64,000 nt of DNA from Desulfobacterales bacterium. GTDB lineage: Bacteria; Desulfobacterota; Desulfobacteria; Desulfobacterales; UBA5852. The stretch covers positions 800,001 to 864,000 of the forward strand of contig CAXXVS010000002.1 of assembly GCA_963674755.2 (NCBI GenBank), given 5' to 3'. The position numbers were made by a program, and so were the translations under genes. The notes beneath the pieces were generated by a model. It did no database searches and had not been told where the DNA came from. It was given only the letters and a program-made list of their open reading frames with translations. Below are positions 37,190 to 47,866 of the stretch, one piece after another. Position 1 is the stretch's first letter. The number at the start of each line of letters is the position of its first letter.

Positions 37190-40100
37190 TCAGCGCGGGG
37201 GTTTCCGCGGTAGCAGGCCAAGGCCAAAGTTCTGCATCTTATATATATAAAGGCCGTCGCATTTCAAGTAACCGTCCGCCGTTATCGCGGGGTGGGGCCG
37301 GCTGCGGCGTTCGGTGATAACGGCTTCCACTTCCACCCGGCGATGGGTCGGCAGGATTTGGCCGCGGTAGCGCCAGATGTGGGTCGCCGGGGTCCATAAG
37401 GCCATGGCGTGGGTTCGGATTTCTGCCGGCCATATAGCGCCGGCCGCATATTGCAGCAATTGCACCAGGGATTCGATGCCCAGGGAACCGGGACAGACCG
37501 GGTCCTGGTAAAAATGGGCCTTAAAAAACCATTCCTCCGGATCGACGGTTTTCGAACCGCGGACATACCCCAGACCATGGGGACCGGCCTGGGGATCGAA
37601 ATCCTCGATGCAGTCGATCATCCGCAGCGCTTTGGAAGGCCAGGGCGCAGCGTTTTTCGGTCGGAGATGCGCATCTCCCGGGGTCAACGGCACCATGTCT
37701 TCCAGATGCTGCACCGTGCCGCCGGGCATGGCCGGTGTTGACGGACGATCGGCTTGCGGCAGGCCCACCTGGTTGGCCAGGGCCTCGGGGGTGAAAAAGC
37801 CGAAAGAGGTCTGGCCCTCATAGATCCGTCGATCCGCCTGCCGGACCTCGAAGGCATAGTGTTGGATGAGCATATCACCGGCCGCGCTGGATTGCAGGAG
37901 GCGTGCCCGTGTCCGCACCGGACCGTCCTGGCTGAAGACGTTGGCATGCAGGGTGGCTTCGCCGTCCAGATTGCGGAAATGGAGGTCTTTTTCACTCTGC
38001 AGGGCCGATCCCATGTAGGCCGCTAGAAACCCGCAGGCCTGCAGGGCAATTTCCATCAGAACGGCGATGGGCATAAACGCTCCGCTGTTGCTGCGGAAAT
38101 ACCAGTCTCCGGGGTCGGGGTGATAGACCGCCTCCACCCATCCGTCCGGGGCCACGACCCAGGCCGGCGGCTCGATGTGCGTGACGGCATCGATAAAGGC
38201 ATAGGGCGGCCCGGGCAGGCGGGCGATGAAGCGCTCCCGATCGAAAGGCCGGTAAGGGGGGCCGAAGGCGTGGGACGGCCGGCCGGTGGCAAATTCGATC
38301 AGTTGTTCGCGGGAAAACAGAATAGGGTTCGACTTGCCAGGAGCCTGGTTCCGCTCCCGGTCGGTTTGGGGCGTCATCGGCCGCCGCCAGAAATTGTCCA
38401 GGGCCGCGCGGTCCATCCCGCTCATTTTCATGGTCATGCCCCGGAACAGGACAATGCGGTGGCCGTCGGCATACATATGGGCGTCGGCGATCACGTAGGG
38501 CTCGGGGTTGAAGCCGATCTCACTGAGTTCCACTTCGTAGACCACCTGGCGCGTTTCCGGAGTGACCGGTCCGCGGCATTTCAGGACGGCCGGGCGTCCG
38601 ACCACGGGCTCGTAGACCACGTCGGGCCGATCGCTGATCCAGCCCATGCGCTGGAGCAAGATGCGCAGGGTGTGGGCGCAGCACTCGTACATCAGGGTTC
38701 CCGGCATCACCATGTCGTCTACGAAATGGCAGGTCAGAAACCAGTCATCCGGATGGATGTCGGCCTCTGCCCGGATCATGCCGAGACCGTAACGGCCGCC
38801 CGCCGGATCCAAGGCCTGGACCCGATGGATCAGGGCCATCCGTCCACTCGGCAGGCGCTGGCTTTCCGGCAGGCGCAGGCCTTCAAAAGCCGGACCGAAG
38901 CAGGCCCCTAAATCGCCCTGCCGGAGAGCCTCCAAACCGGCTTCGTCGTAGGCTTCCCGGACCATGGCAACCGGCGGCTGCCAGTCTTCCGGGGCTACCC
39001 CCGTTAACGGCCTAGTGTCATCGGCGGTGAGGATGATGCCGCCGGAACGGCGCACTTCCTCCTCGGTGAAAAAACCGGCGCAGCCGTTGCGCATGGTGAT
39101 CAGGGGCTGGCCGTCGATGGTGCCGTCGAATCGGAAGAAGAAAAGCCAGGTCGCCCCCTGGCGGATGAATTTTTCAATCCGGATGTCATAGCGGATGACC
39201 TCGCCGGGCCGCGGCAGCCCCCGATGAAAGGTGACCGTCGCGTCCAGCAGACGATAGGTGCGCTCGCCCTTGACCTCCAGGTCGATCCCCAGGTAGGCCG
39301 ACAGAAACAGATCGGCCTGGCCCGCTTCCACCGCAATGCAGACCGGTGCCCGGCCTCCGTCCAGGTACCAGGCATCCGGATGCACGTCATGCTCGGTCAC
39401 GAGACGACCCGGACCCAGAACGCCTTTGGGGCCTTCCACGCTCAGGATGCGGTCCACCAGCATCAGCGGTTCGTCAGGCAGCCGCACCCGGGCCGGAAAC
39501 CGGTCCACCGGTGCGAATTCCGGCCCCAGGACCATGGCCACCGAGCCCACGGCGAATTCCAGGCACATGGCGCGGTCAAAGGCCACCGGCGGTAACGGAT
39601 CTTTGGGATAAGTCTGTTTTGGTGCTTCGCCCGGAGCGGCATCATCCTGGGAGGGGCGGATCAGGGGCTGCTCCGGCAGCCCATCAGCGAGGAGGTCTTC
39701 GTATTGGGCCTGGTGCATCAGGCGGGTGTGCAAATCGACGATCTGGGCGTACTGCCGGCCAAGATCCTGGGTCAGATCCAGAAAATGCTGGTGGGCCGCG
39801 CCGGTGGCGGCCAGGTGATCATTCATGCCGCGGATCAGGGCGCTGGTCTGATCGAAGAACAATTGGCCGGCCGACACCTCATTATCGACGGACTCGGGCG
39901 TTGGATCGATCCCTGTTGGAGTGGGATCCTGTTTGATGGCCGGCGGCGGTGACGGATTCGGGCCCACGGGATGTTCGCGCTGCGGCGGACGGGGCGGATC
40001 GAGGGGCATGCCGCCGCAGCCGATCGATACGATGCGGGCTTCCCGGGAAGCGGATCCCGCCCGGGTCGGCCCAAGGGCCTCATCCGGCGGGAAAAAGCGG

Positions 40101-43100
40101 TCCAGCCGGACCGGCAGGCGTTCGGCCGCCAGCACCCCGAGGGCTTTGGCCAGGCCGGCCACCTCGTTTTCCGGATCAGGGGCAACCGTCAGGGCCAGGT
40201 GGGGGCGGTCGCTCAAAATGCGGCGAATCATGCGCGTGCAGGACCCCCGGGGGCCGACTTCCAGAAAGAGCCGGGTCCCGTCGCGATAGGCCTGCTCGAC
40301 GGTGGCCGGAAAGTCAAATCCCGCAATGGCCTGCTTTAAAAGCGATTCAGCGGTCGTCTCCGGGGTCAGATCGATGCGTCGGCCGGCGGCACAACTGTAA
40401 TAAGCCATGCCGGCCGGCGGGGTCGTGGGAAACCGGTGAAGCGCACGGTAGGCCTCGGCAACGGACTGAACCGCCTCCCAGTGGACCGCTACGACGCCCT
40501 CCAGATAAAAGGCCTGGCAATCCATACGGCCGATCAGATCGGCCACCGCCGGCCCATGGCCGCCGATGACGCATTCTTCAGGGGTGTTGATCATCAACAG
40601 GCGCACCGCCGGAGCATCCTTCAGGAATCTCCGAACAGCATCGGTCGGCCGGTTGACCACGGCGACGCGCCAGTCCACCGGAACCTTGTCCGGAATGGGG
40701 AGATGGCCCCGGGCGGCTTGGCAGGGGCCGGCCAGCTGGGTGCGGAACAGGTCCGAGTTTTCCATGCGTGCCAGCATCTGGCCGCGGTCCGGCCAGGCGC
40801 CGGTGGCAAAATAACCCACGGTTTCCCCGAGGCTGTACCCGAGAACAGCCGACGGCCGTACCCCCAGGAAGTGCAGCAGGTCGGTGGTCAGGCAGCCGAA
40901 CAAGACCTGTCCGTAAATGGCCGTCACCGGGTCGGCGTCGAGGGCGGCCTGGGCTTCCTGGCGCCAGTTTTCAGGCCAACGGGCGCGATAGGGCATCAAC
41001 ATTGCGGCACGGCCCTGGGCTGCGAAACGATCCGTCGATCGGCTGGCGGCCCGCCAGATTTCAGGCCACTGCAAACTCAACTGACGGCCCATGCCGAGGT
41101 AGTGGTTGCCGGATCCCGGATAGACCAGGGTCGGCTGCGTTGTCGGACCCAGGGGGTGCGGGGAAAAGTGGCAGCCACTCATACCGTGGAAGGTGATTGG
41201 ACGGCGTTGCTTCAACGCCTCGAGGGCATCGTGGTGGACCCGGTCAAGGTCGCCATAATCTGACAGACAGATGGCCAGGGCGCAGGGCAGCTGCGGATTC
41301 GATCCATGGCGGTGAAACCATTCCAAGGCTGCCGTCCCGATGGACCGTCCGGAGCGGCGGCTTTCTTCCAGGTGTTCGGTCAAGGCGGACAGCCGGTCCG
41401 GCAGCTGCTTAACAGTGGGGCTTTCCAGCATAAAGAGGCCATGCTCGGGGATGCCGGCCGGGGCGGTGAGCAGGGGATCGGTCTTGGGGGTATCTTCAGA
41501 AACAAACTCTTCCAGGAAGACCGACATGGCGTTGCCGTCGGCCGTAAGGGCATTGAGGCAGGCCCGTCGAGGAAGGTCTTCGCGGTCGGCCGACCAGAAA
41601 AGAGGCCGCATCGGAACATGGAAAAAGTCTTCACCGGTTGAAATGTCAGGAGGTGCCTGATAACGGGGCAGGGGGGGGAGAATCTGATGAAAGAGGCAAA
41701 GGGCGGTTTTAACCAAACCGGCCAGGCCCGCCGAGGCACCGGTGTGCCCCAGGGCGGCCTTTACAGCACCCAGGGCAAGCGGGGTTTTGCGGCGGCCACC
41801 GAACACCTGCCCCAAGGCATGGTATTCGGCCTGATCTTCGGTGGGAACGGCGGAACCGTGGGCCTCCAGGTAGCCCACGGATTGGGGCGCCACATCGGCT
41901 TCATCGAGGGCGTTAACAAGGGCGGTCTCGAGCGCTTCCCCCAGGTCATCGTTTTCAAAGGTCCGGCTCCGTCGCGCCGCCCCCAGGCCGCGCACCACGG
42001 CGTATACGCGATCCCCGTCCCGGCGGGCGTCCGCTAGGCGTTTCAGCACCACGGCCGCCGCTCCCTCGCCCGGCAGGGTGCCGTCGGCCCGCTTGCCCAG
42101 GCAGTCAGGGGATGCCCCCGCGGCATAGGCCTGACGGCTGTGGGCTTTGATTAAGCGTCGCAGGTCTCCGGGCAGATCCACCGCGCCCACCAGCATAGTG
42201 TCGACTTCCCGGCCTTGCAGGGCCTGCATCGCAATGGAGAGAGCTTTGAGACCGGAGGCAGCCTCGTCGGAAACCGTGAAGCTGGGGCCGCCAAAACGGA
42301 ATTCGCGGGCGATCCGGCTGGCGATCACGCCCCCCAAAGCCCCCAGCGTGCGGGTATGGGTCAGCGGGGGGGCGAATGTATCCGACATGGCGTGGGCCCA
42401 ACCGCTCAACTGGTCCGGGGCAAGGCCCAAACCGTAGCGTTCGTTCCATCGGGCCACCCATTGATCTGTATTCCAGCGGAGATGAAAATTCGTATTTTCA
42501 AGATCGAATTCCATACCGACGATGCAGCCCATCCGGGGGCGTTCCTGATGGGGCGCCAGACCGGCGTCCTGCATGGCCCCCAGGGCAACCTTGAGCATCA
42601 GCAGGTGTTGGGGCAGGAGGTCCGGGATTTCCTTGGGGGGGATGCGGAAATCGGCCAGGGCGATGGAGAAATCCTTCAAGAAGGCGCCCTGCAATGCCTG
42701 GGAGCGCTGCAAATAAGATCTTAGAAGGGCCCCACAATTTTTTGAACGCGGCGCTGTTAGCGGTTCAAAGGCGGCGTCGCCCCTGAAAACCATTTCCTGA
42801 AACGCTTTCAGGTTGGCGGCCGGGCCGAACAGCACGTCCATTCCCACAATGGCAATGGGATCCGCGTTGGGGCGGGATGCGCTGACCACATGGGCGGTCC
42901 CGCGCCGGTCAGGGGCACCGGTGGGGGCATCCCCGGGCGGCCATTCTTCCACCAAAACATGGGCATTGATGCCGCCGAATCCAAAGGCGCTGACGGCGGC
43001 CCGGCGTGGTGTGCCGTCATTGCGGCGGGTCCAGGGCATGGCCCGGGTCGGGACGCGAAAGGGGCTGTCCGACAGACCGCTCTCAGGCGTGGGTTCCTTA

Positions 43101-44296
43101 AAGTTTAGCGAGGGCGGTAAGGTGGCATGACGGAGTCCCAGCAGCACTTTGATGAGTCCGGCGGCGCCGGCGGCCGTGAGGAGGTGGCCGATCATGGATT
43201 TGACGGTACCGATGGCGCATTGACCGGGGTGCCAGCCTGCCGGTCCCCAGAGGGATTTCAGACTGCGGATTTCCGTCGCATCGCCGACGGGGGTCCCGGC
43301 GCCGTGGCATTCGATCAAATCGACGTCCGAAGGCTGCCAGCCTGCCGCCGCATAGGCCATTTGCATGGCCCGCAACTGGCCTTCCGTATCCGGTGCCAGC
43401 AAATTACCGCGCATGTCATTGGAAACGCCAGCCCCCCGTATCAGGGCCTGGATCGTGTCGCCCTGCTTAAGGGCGTCGTCCAATCGTTTCAAAACCACGA
43501 TACCGCAGCCCTCTCCGACGACAAGGCCGTCGGCGGAACGATCGAAGGGGGCGCAACGGCCTGAACGCGACAGGGCCTGTAACTGGGTAAAACCGATCTG
43601 GGTATAAAGGGTGTCGGGGCGGGCGACCCCCCCGGCCAGAACCGCATCGGCCCGACCGGCTTGGAGCGCATCACAGGCCAATTTGACGGCGAACAGGGAA
43701 GACGCACAGGCGGCATCAAGGGTAAAGGTATTGCCGCCCAGACCGAGCGCGGCGCCTAAAAGGGCGCCCGGAAACCCGGTGACACTGCTGGCCAGGGCTT
43801 CGTTGCGGTGCAATGATGCCGCCCTGCGGGGTACTTGGGGGAAGAGTTTGTCTTCGACCGCCTGCAGGAAGATCCGGCGTGTCAGCCGCGAGGCCGCATC
43901 CGTGGGCAGCGCAATGGCGGCCAGGATGACATCCACCCGCACCGGATCGACGGCGGCGCTGCAGCAGCTCTGCCAGGCGGACCGCCCCGTTTCCAGGACA
44001 AGGTGATGCATGGGATCCAGCCGCGTAAGGAATTGGGGCGCAATTTCAAATCCCTCGCTATCGAAAGCAAAGTCTTCGATCCATCCGGCTGTTAAGGAGC
44101 GGGCTTTGTCAGGCTTCCCCGTGGGATCCAGGATGCTGGCGGGCGCCACCGGCCATCGTTCCGGTGCCACAGGACGGATCGCACTTTGGGCCCGCGCGAT
44201 ATTCTCCCAGAATTGGGTGAGATTCGGCGCACCGGGGAAAATGCCGGCCGCGCCGACGACGGCAATGGCGGGGGCGTGACGGTTGTGCATATACAC
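37190..44296 (-). CDS. pfaC: PUFA-synthase PfaB/C-type fused subunit: KS-CLF-AT-(pseudoDH-DH)x2
   Basis: KS DAACASS/ECHGAGT/GHLLTAAG; CLF with Cys->Glu (SDEAASG); AT YPGSG..GYSLGE; FabA-like DH WFLTCHFVDDMVMPG and WFFKAHFYQDPVCPG, each preceded by a His-less copy. Confidence 0.9.
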   Translation of the reverse strand: MYMHNRHAPAIAVVGAAGIFPGAPNLTQFWENIARAQSAIRPVAPERWPVAPASILDPTGKPDKARSLTAGWIEDFAFDSEGFEIAPQFLTRLDPMHHLVLETGRSAWQSCCSAAVDPVRVDVILAAIALPTDAASRLTRRIFLQAVEDKLFPQVPRRAASLHRNEALASSVTGFPGALLGAALGLGGNTFTLDAACASSLFAVKLACDALQAGRADAVLAGGVARPDTLYTQIGFTQLQALSRSGRCAPFDRSADGLVVGEGCGIVVLKRLDDALKQGDTIQALIRGAGVSNDMRGNLLAPDTEGQLRAMQMAYAAAGWQPSDVDLIECHGAGTPVGDATEIRSLKSLWGPAGWHPGQCAIGTVKSMIGHLLTAAGAAGLIKVLLGLRHATLPPSLNFKEPTPESGLSDSPFRVPTRAMPWTRRNDGTPRRAAVSAFGFGGINAHVLVEEWPPGDAPTGAPDRRGTAHVVSASRPNADPIAIVGMDVLFGPAANLKAFQEMVFRGDAAFEPLTAPRSKNCGALLRSYLQRSQALQGAFLKDFSIALADFRIPPKEIPDLLPQHLLMLKVALGAMQDAGLAPHQERPRMGCIVGMEFDLENTNFHLRWNTDQWVARWNERYGLGLAPDQLSGWAHAMSDTFAPPLTHTRTLGALGGVIASRIAREFRFGGPSFTVSDEAASGLKALSIAMQALQGREVDTMLVGAVDLPGDLRRLIKAHSRQAYAAGASPDCLGKRADGTLPGEGAAAVVLKRLADARRDGDRVYAVVRGLGAARRSRTFENDDLGEALETALVNALDEADVAPQSVGYLEAHGSAVPTEDQAEYHALGQVFGGRRKTPLALGAVKAALGHTGASAGLAGLVKTALCLFHQILPPLPRYQAPPDISTGEDFFHVPMRPLFWSADREDLPRRACLNALTADGNAMSVFLEEFVSEDTPKTDPLLTAPAGIPEHGLFMLESPTVKQLPDRLSALTEHLEESRRSGRSIGTAALEWFHRHGSNPQLPCALAICLSDYGDLDRVHHDALEALKQRRPITFHGMSGCHFSPHPLGPTTQPTLVYPGSGNHYLGMGRQLSLQWPEIWRAASRSTDRFAAQGRAAMLMPYRARWPENWRQEAQAALDADPVTAIYGQVLFGCLTTDLLHFLGVRPSAVLGYSLGETVGYFATGAWPDRGQMLARMENSDLFRTQLAGPCQAARGHLPIPDKVPVDWRVAVVNRPTDAVRRFLKDAPAVRLLMINTPEECVIGGHGPAVADLIGRMDCQAFYLEGVVAVHWEAVQSVAEAYRALHRFPTTPPAGMAYYSCAAGRRIDLTPETTAESLLKQAIAGFDFPATVEQAYRDGTRLFLEVGPRGSCTRMIRRILSDRPHLALTVAPDPENEVAGLAKALGVLAAERLPVRLDRFFPPDEALGPTRAGSASREARIVSIGCGGMPLDPPRPPQREHPVGPNPSPPPAIKQDPTPTGIDPTPESVDNEVSAGQLFFDQTSALIRGMNDHLAATGAAHQHFLDLTQDLGRQYAQIVDLHTRLMHQAQYEDLLADGLPEQPLIRPSQDDAAPGEAPKQTYPKDPLPPVAFDRAMCLEFAVGSVAMVLGPEFAPVDRFPARVRLPDEPLMLVDRILSVEGPKGVLGPGRLVTEHDVHPDAWYLDGGRAPVCIAVEAGQADLFLSAYLGIDLEVKGERTYRLLDATVTFHRGLPRPGEVIRYDIRIEKFIRQGATWLFFFRFDGTIDGQPLITMRNGCAGFFTEEEVRRSGGIILTADDTRPLTGVAPEDWQPPVAMVREAYDEAGLEALRQGDLGACFGPAFEGLRLPESQRLPSGRMALIHRVQALDPAGGRYGLGMIRAEADIHPDDWFLTCHFVDDMVMPGTLMYECCAHTLRILLQRMGWISDRPDVVYEPVVGRPAVLKCRGPVTPETRQVVYEVELSEIGFNPEPYVIADAHMYADGHRIVLFRGMTMKMSGMDRAALDNFWRRPMTPQTDRERNQAPGKSNPILFSREQLIEFATGRPSHAFGPPYRPFDRERFIARLPGPPYAFIDAVTHIEPPAWVVAPDGWVEAVYHPDPGDWYFRSNSGAFMPIAVLMEIALQACGFLAAYMGSALQSEKDLHFRNLDGEATLHANVFSQDGPVRTRARLLQSSAAGDMLIQHYAFEVRQADRRIYEGQTSFGFFTPEALANQVGLPQADRPSTPAMPGGTVQHLEDMVPLTPGDAHLRPKNAAPWPSKALRMIDCIEDFDPQAGPHGLGYVRGSKTVDPEEWFFKAHFYQDPVCPGSLGIESLVQLLQYAAGAIWPAEIRTHAMALWTPATHIWRYRGQILPTHRRVEVEAVITERRSRPHPAITADGYLKCDGLYIYKMQNFGLGLLPRKPPR

Positions 44297-44621
44297 CTTG
44301 GCGGGGTATGGACATCATCCTTGCACGGCGATGCCCAAACCCAGGCGGGTAATGGTTAAAAAACTAGATTTATTACTACCTTTGGGAGAACAGGGCAATA
44401 AAATTTCGATGTCGGCCCGACCCTGGGCAGGCCTGTCGAATGGTTCCCGGCGGGGGCATATCGGTCATGGTTCTCTTGACATTGGTGCGGCGTTTTCTTA
44501 TTTAGAAAATTTCGTAAAATTGCCGACGTGTCGAGATCTTGATTCCGCACGAACTGCTGCGGTGCCTATCGGGCGAACAGCGGTCATTTGGAAACGACCC
44601 CCTGGGGGCTTGGAGGAAGCA

Positions 44622-45215
44622 ATGGGAAAAGAAGAAGCAGGCCAGGTACGTGACACCGCCATGGTGCGTTCCATGCTGCGCGATGCCGGCTATTCCGAGA
44701 AGGCGGTGAACTATTATCTGGAGACGCCCCATATGGGCGTCATTGAAAATGCGGATCAGGTATCTGAGATGACAGGAACCTGCGGCGATACGATCAAAGT
44801 CTATCTCAAGATCGAAAATGATCGCATCAGCGATGTCAAATATCAGATCATGGGGTGTCCGGGGTCCATCTCCGCCGCCATGGCGGCCGGCGACCTGGTG
44901 CGTGGCCGAACGGTCGATGAGGCGTTGGCCCTCAACGACGGCGATGTCTTCCAGTTTCTGGAGGAAATTCCCGTCAAAAAGCATCATTGTATTCAATTGG
45001 CCGTGAAAGCCCTGCTTGGGGCCATTAAGAGTTACCGCGACGGCAGCGCCAGCGGCGACCAGGTGGTCAAAGCGGCGATTCCCACGGGACACGGTCGGCG
45101 TGAGCAAGGCGGGGACGATAACCTGGCGTGCTGCGGGGCCCCCAAAGGCCAGGGCGATTGCGAAACCGCAGGGGCCTGCTGCGGCAAGACCATTTCCGAA
45201 ATGGGGAACAAATAG
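44622..45215 (+). CDS. IscU/NifU-N family Fe-S scaffold-like protein with a Cys-rich tail
   Basis: GTCGDTI, MGCPGSI, KKHHCIQLA; tail ACCG..C..ACCG; start ATG 44622 after GGAGG. Confidence 0.82.
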   Translation: MGKEEAGQVRDTAMVRSMLRDAGYSEKAVNYYLETPHMGVIENADQVSEMTGTCGDTIKVYLKIENDRISDVKYQIMGCPGSISAAMAAGDLVRGRTVDEALALNDGDVFQFLEEIPVKKHHCIQLAVKALLGAIKSYRDGSASGDQVVKAAIPTGHGRREQGGDDNLACCGAPKGQGDCETAGACCGKTISEMGNK

Positions 45216-45339
45216 CCGGGATCCCGGCGCCAAATGCAACCATACAAATGGAGGTCCGGAGATCGCCGCATGCATCGGCCGCCGGCCTCCATTTCTGTTG
45301 GCGAGGTCTTTGCGAATCCATCCCACGCGAGGGGCGGGG

Positions 45340-45969
45340 ATGCCTGAGGAGTCGTCCCTGATGGACTACCGTGCGGAACAATTACTTAATCAGGAAAGCA
45401 TTCAGGACTACTTCTTCCGCTACGGTGAAGAAGAAAGAATGCTGATCAAGAGGTGGTGCCGCGGCTATTTCTTGTTCAGGGAAGATGTGGCCGCCTTTCA
45501 AACCCGTTATTTCCAATCCCTCTGCAATGCCGCCTGCTTTCAGGCCCAACGCAGCGCCTGCTGCAACAAGGACGGTATCATTACCTTTTTTGCCGATCTC
45601 GTCGTGAACGCCATCGCCAGCGAACCCCAGGAATTGACGGCTCTTGTGGCCGGGCTGCGCCGAGCCCGTACGGATATGAAATGCATCTATCTCGGGCCGG
45701 AAGGCTGCCGCTGGCGCGTGAAGCCCATCGTGTGCGAGATGTTCCTGTGTGATCGCGCCCAGGGAGAGGTTTTCAATGCTTCGCCGGAGGCGGCGGAGAT
45801 TTGGGACGGAATGAAAAAACGGGAACGGGGATTCCGCTGGCCTGATCGGCCGGTGCTGTTCGATCAGATCGAGTCGCGGTTTATGGCTGCGGGCGTGAGT
45901 TCTTCTTTAATGTACCTGCATAACAGCCCGGGTCTGATCCGCATCAAAAGAAAAGCCGGGCTGCTCTGA
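45340..45969 (+). CDS. Cys-rich hypothetical protein, YkgJ/CxxCxxCC-like
   Basis: CNAACF..SACC; CIYLGPEGCRWRVKPIVCEMFLC; start uncertain. Confidence 0.6.
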   Translation: MPEESSLMDYRAEQLLNQESIQDYFFRYGEEERMLIKRWCRGYFLFREDVAAFQTRYFQSLCNAACFQAQRSACCNKDGIITFFADLVVNAIASEPQELTALVAGLRRARTDMKCIYLGPEGCRWRVKPIVCEMFLCDRAQGEVFNASPEAAEIWDGMKKRERGFRWPDRPVLFDQIESRFMAAGVSSSLMYLHNSPGLIRIKRKAGLL

Positions 45970-45983
45970 ACGCGGCATCTCCG

Positions 45984-46232
45984 CTAGACCGTATCGTATA
46001 CTTCTTCCGATACGGCGGCTGGTTGCGACGATCCAATCTTGACGACATTCTTGGCGGCCGGACCGCGTTGGCCACGTTCGATATCAAACGTCACCTGGTC
46101 GCCTTCCGCCAGCGTTTTGAATCCTTCCATTTGAATTGCTGAAAAATGGACGAAAACATCGCCCTCTTCTTCCTGCTCGATAAACCCATAGCCTTTTTTG
46201 TCACTGAACCACTTTACGATACCATTTGGCAT
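45984..46232 (-). CDS. Cold-shock domain protein
   Basis: [39 protein letters not shown]. Confidence 0.96.
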   Translation of the reverse strand: MPNGIVKWFSDKKGYGFIEQEEEGDVFVHFSAIQMEGFKTLAEGDQVTFDIERGQRGPAAKNVVKIGSSQPAAVSEEVYDTV

Positions 46233-46407
46233 GGTCAAAATCTCCCCGTGTAAAGCAGGTCGCGGTGAAAGTCATTGCTCGTGTTCGGGTGGAAGCAGCA
46301 ACGGCCTTTCACGCAACCGGCCCGCAGCCAAAACCGGGATTTGAACCTTATTTTTGTTAGACTGAAAGGGGATCCAAAGTCAAGCGAAACCTATCATGGC
46401 GGATGCC

Positions 46408-47862
46408 TCAGGGGGAGGGCAGGGGCTGGCTGTGCCGCATGGTAAAACGGACCAGAATACTATTCGCCTGTCCGGGCGCCAGACGAAGGGATGCCGGCGT
46501 CAACGCTAAGGACGTGCGCAGTTCGCCGGAATGCTTTAGGCCGTCAACCGGCACTTTGACCGTATAGATGGTATCGATTCCGGCCAAAAGCAATTCTCCG
46601 CCGATGACCTCGACCGTGGCCGGTTCGAGCAGAACGTCCTGGATCAGAATGCCGGGGGGTAGGGTCCCGCTCCAGTCCACCTGCACCGGAAGCGTTTTTT
46701 TGCCGATGGTATCCACCATGATGTCGACGGTGTTCGGCTCTATTTTTTTCAATGAGGTGCCCGGAGGCAGGGTGACATCGTCTTCGGTGATGGAGAAGCT
46801 GTTGAGCCCCGGAACGGCTTTGCTGATATCCAGGCGTACGCGGATCTGGTTCGGATCAAGCCGGTTGATCAATTGCAGCGAACCGCTTAGTTGAATCTTA
46901 ACCGATGACGTAGAGCTCTCGATGATCTCCATGCGGGAATCGCCGCGGATGTATTCGATGGGAACTTCGAGCGTGGTCAGGCTGCGGACAAACCCCAGCG
47001 AAAAACTGTACCAGACACAGCTGACCACAATCAGCGACATCATAAAGGCGATGGCGGCGAACCAGCGGTCCCGATGCGCTTTTTGGGGGGTATCCACCGA
47101 CATGCCGGTGTGCTGACGCAGACGCATTTCCAACGAAGCTGCATCCGCGACAGGTTCGATCTGTCCCATGCTGGCCAGCGTCACCTCGCCGCGCTCCTCG
47201 GATACGATGATCACGAGGGCGTCCGAATGCTCCGTCAGGCCCATGGCGGCCCGGTGACGTGTGCCGTAGCGCATGGGCAGGTCGGCCCTTTCGGTGAGCG
47301 GCAGAATGGCTGACACGCGGTTGATACGATTCCCCCGAATCACGGCCGCGCCGTCATGGACCGGATTCCCGGGCCAGAAAATGCTCTCGATCATCTGGCG
47401 GGACACCTGACCGTTCCAGGGAACACTACTCTGGATCGCCGCATCCACCGGCTGCCGTCCGGGAACCACGATCAGCGCACCGATTTTTCGCCGTGCCAGC
47501 TGATAAACGCTGGCGGTGATGATTTCAACCGGTGTAACAACCGGTTTCGGGGTTACGTACCAGAGGATGTCTTTAATCCCCTTGGTCTGGAACAGGCTGC
47601 GGATTTCGTAGCGGAAGACAATCAGGACGCCGATGGCGGTCAGGGCGGCCAGCCCCTGAAGGACGAAGTGGGTTAGAATCATGCTGGCGGAGGAAACGAT
47701 CTGCTGGACGATCAACAGGACAAAGATGATGACGACCACCATAAAAAGGCGGGTACCGCGCAGGATAATATAGAGTCGAAAGAGAAGGTAGCTGTTGAGC
47801 AGGATGTCCAAAACATCCTGCCATCGGAGGACCTCGAACAGCTTGTCCAGGAAGACCGACAT
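46408..47862 (-). CDS. Diadenylate cyclase: CdaA (TM + DAC) fused to CdaR/YbbR-like domains
   Basis: N-terminal TMs, KIGALIV, IFWPGNPVHDGA (DGA), YGTRHRAAMG (RHR), IVSEERG; a further TM, then beta-rich YbbR-like repeats; start set at MSVFLD. Confidence 0.88.
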   Translation of the reverse strand: MSVFLDKLFEVLRWQDVLDILLNSYLLFRLYIILRGTRLFMVVVIIFVLLIVQQIVSSASMILTHFVLQGLAALTAIGVLIVFRYEIRSLFQTKGIKDILWYVTPKPVVTPVEIITASVYQLARRKIGALIVVPGRQPVDAAIQSSVPWNGQVSRQMIESIFWPGNPVHDGAAVIRGNRINRVSAILPLTERADLPMRYGTRHRAAMGLTEHSDALVIIVSEERGEVTLASMGQIEPVADAASLEMRLRQHTGMSVDTPQKAHRDRWFAAIAFMMSLIVVSCVWYSFSLGFVRSLTTLEVPIEYIRGDSRMEIIESSTSSVKIQLSGSLQLINRLDPNQIRVRLDISKAVPGLNSFSITEDDVTLPPGTSLKKIEPNTVDIMVDTIGKKTLPVQVDWSGTLPPGILIQDVLLEPATVEVIGGELLLAGIDTIYTVKVPVDGLKHSGELRTSLALTPASLRLAPGQANSILVRFTMRHSQPLPSP

Positions 47863-47866
47863 GGGA

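Noticed and set aside
44283..44621. Long N-terminal extensions in the ORF track (IscU-like; also 59014-60336, 25769-26929, 45016-45969)
   Set aside because: The extensions look non-coding or overlap divergent genes; downstream starts match family boundaries better.
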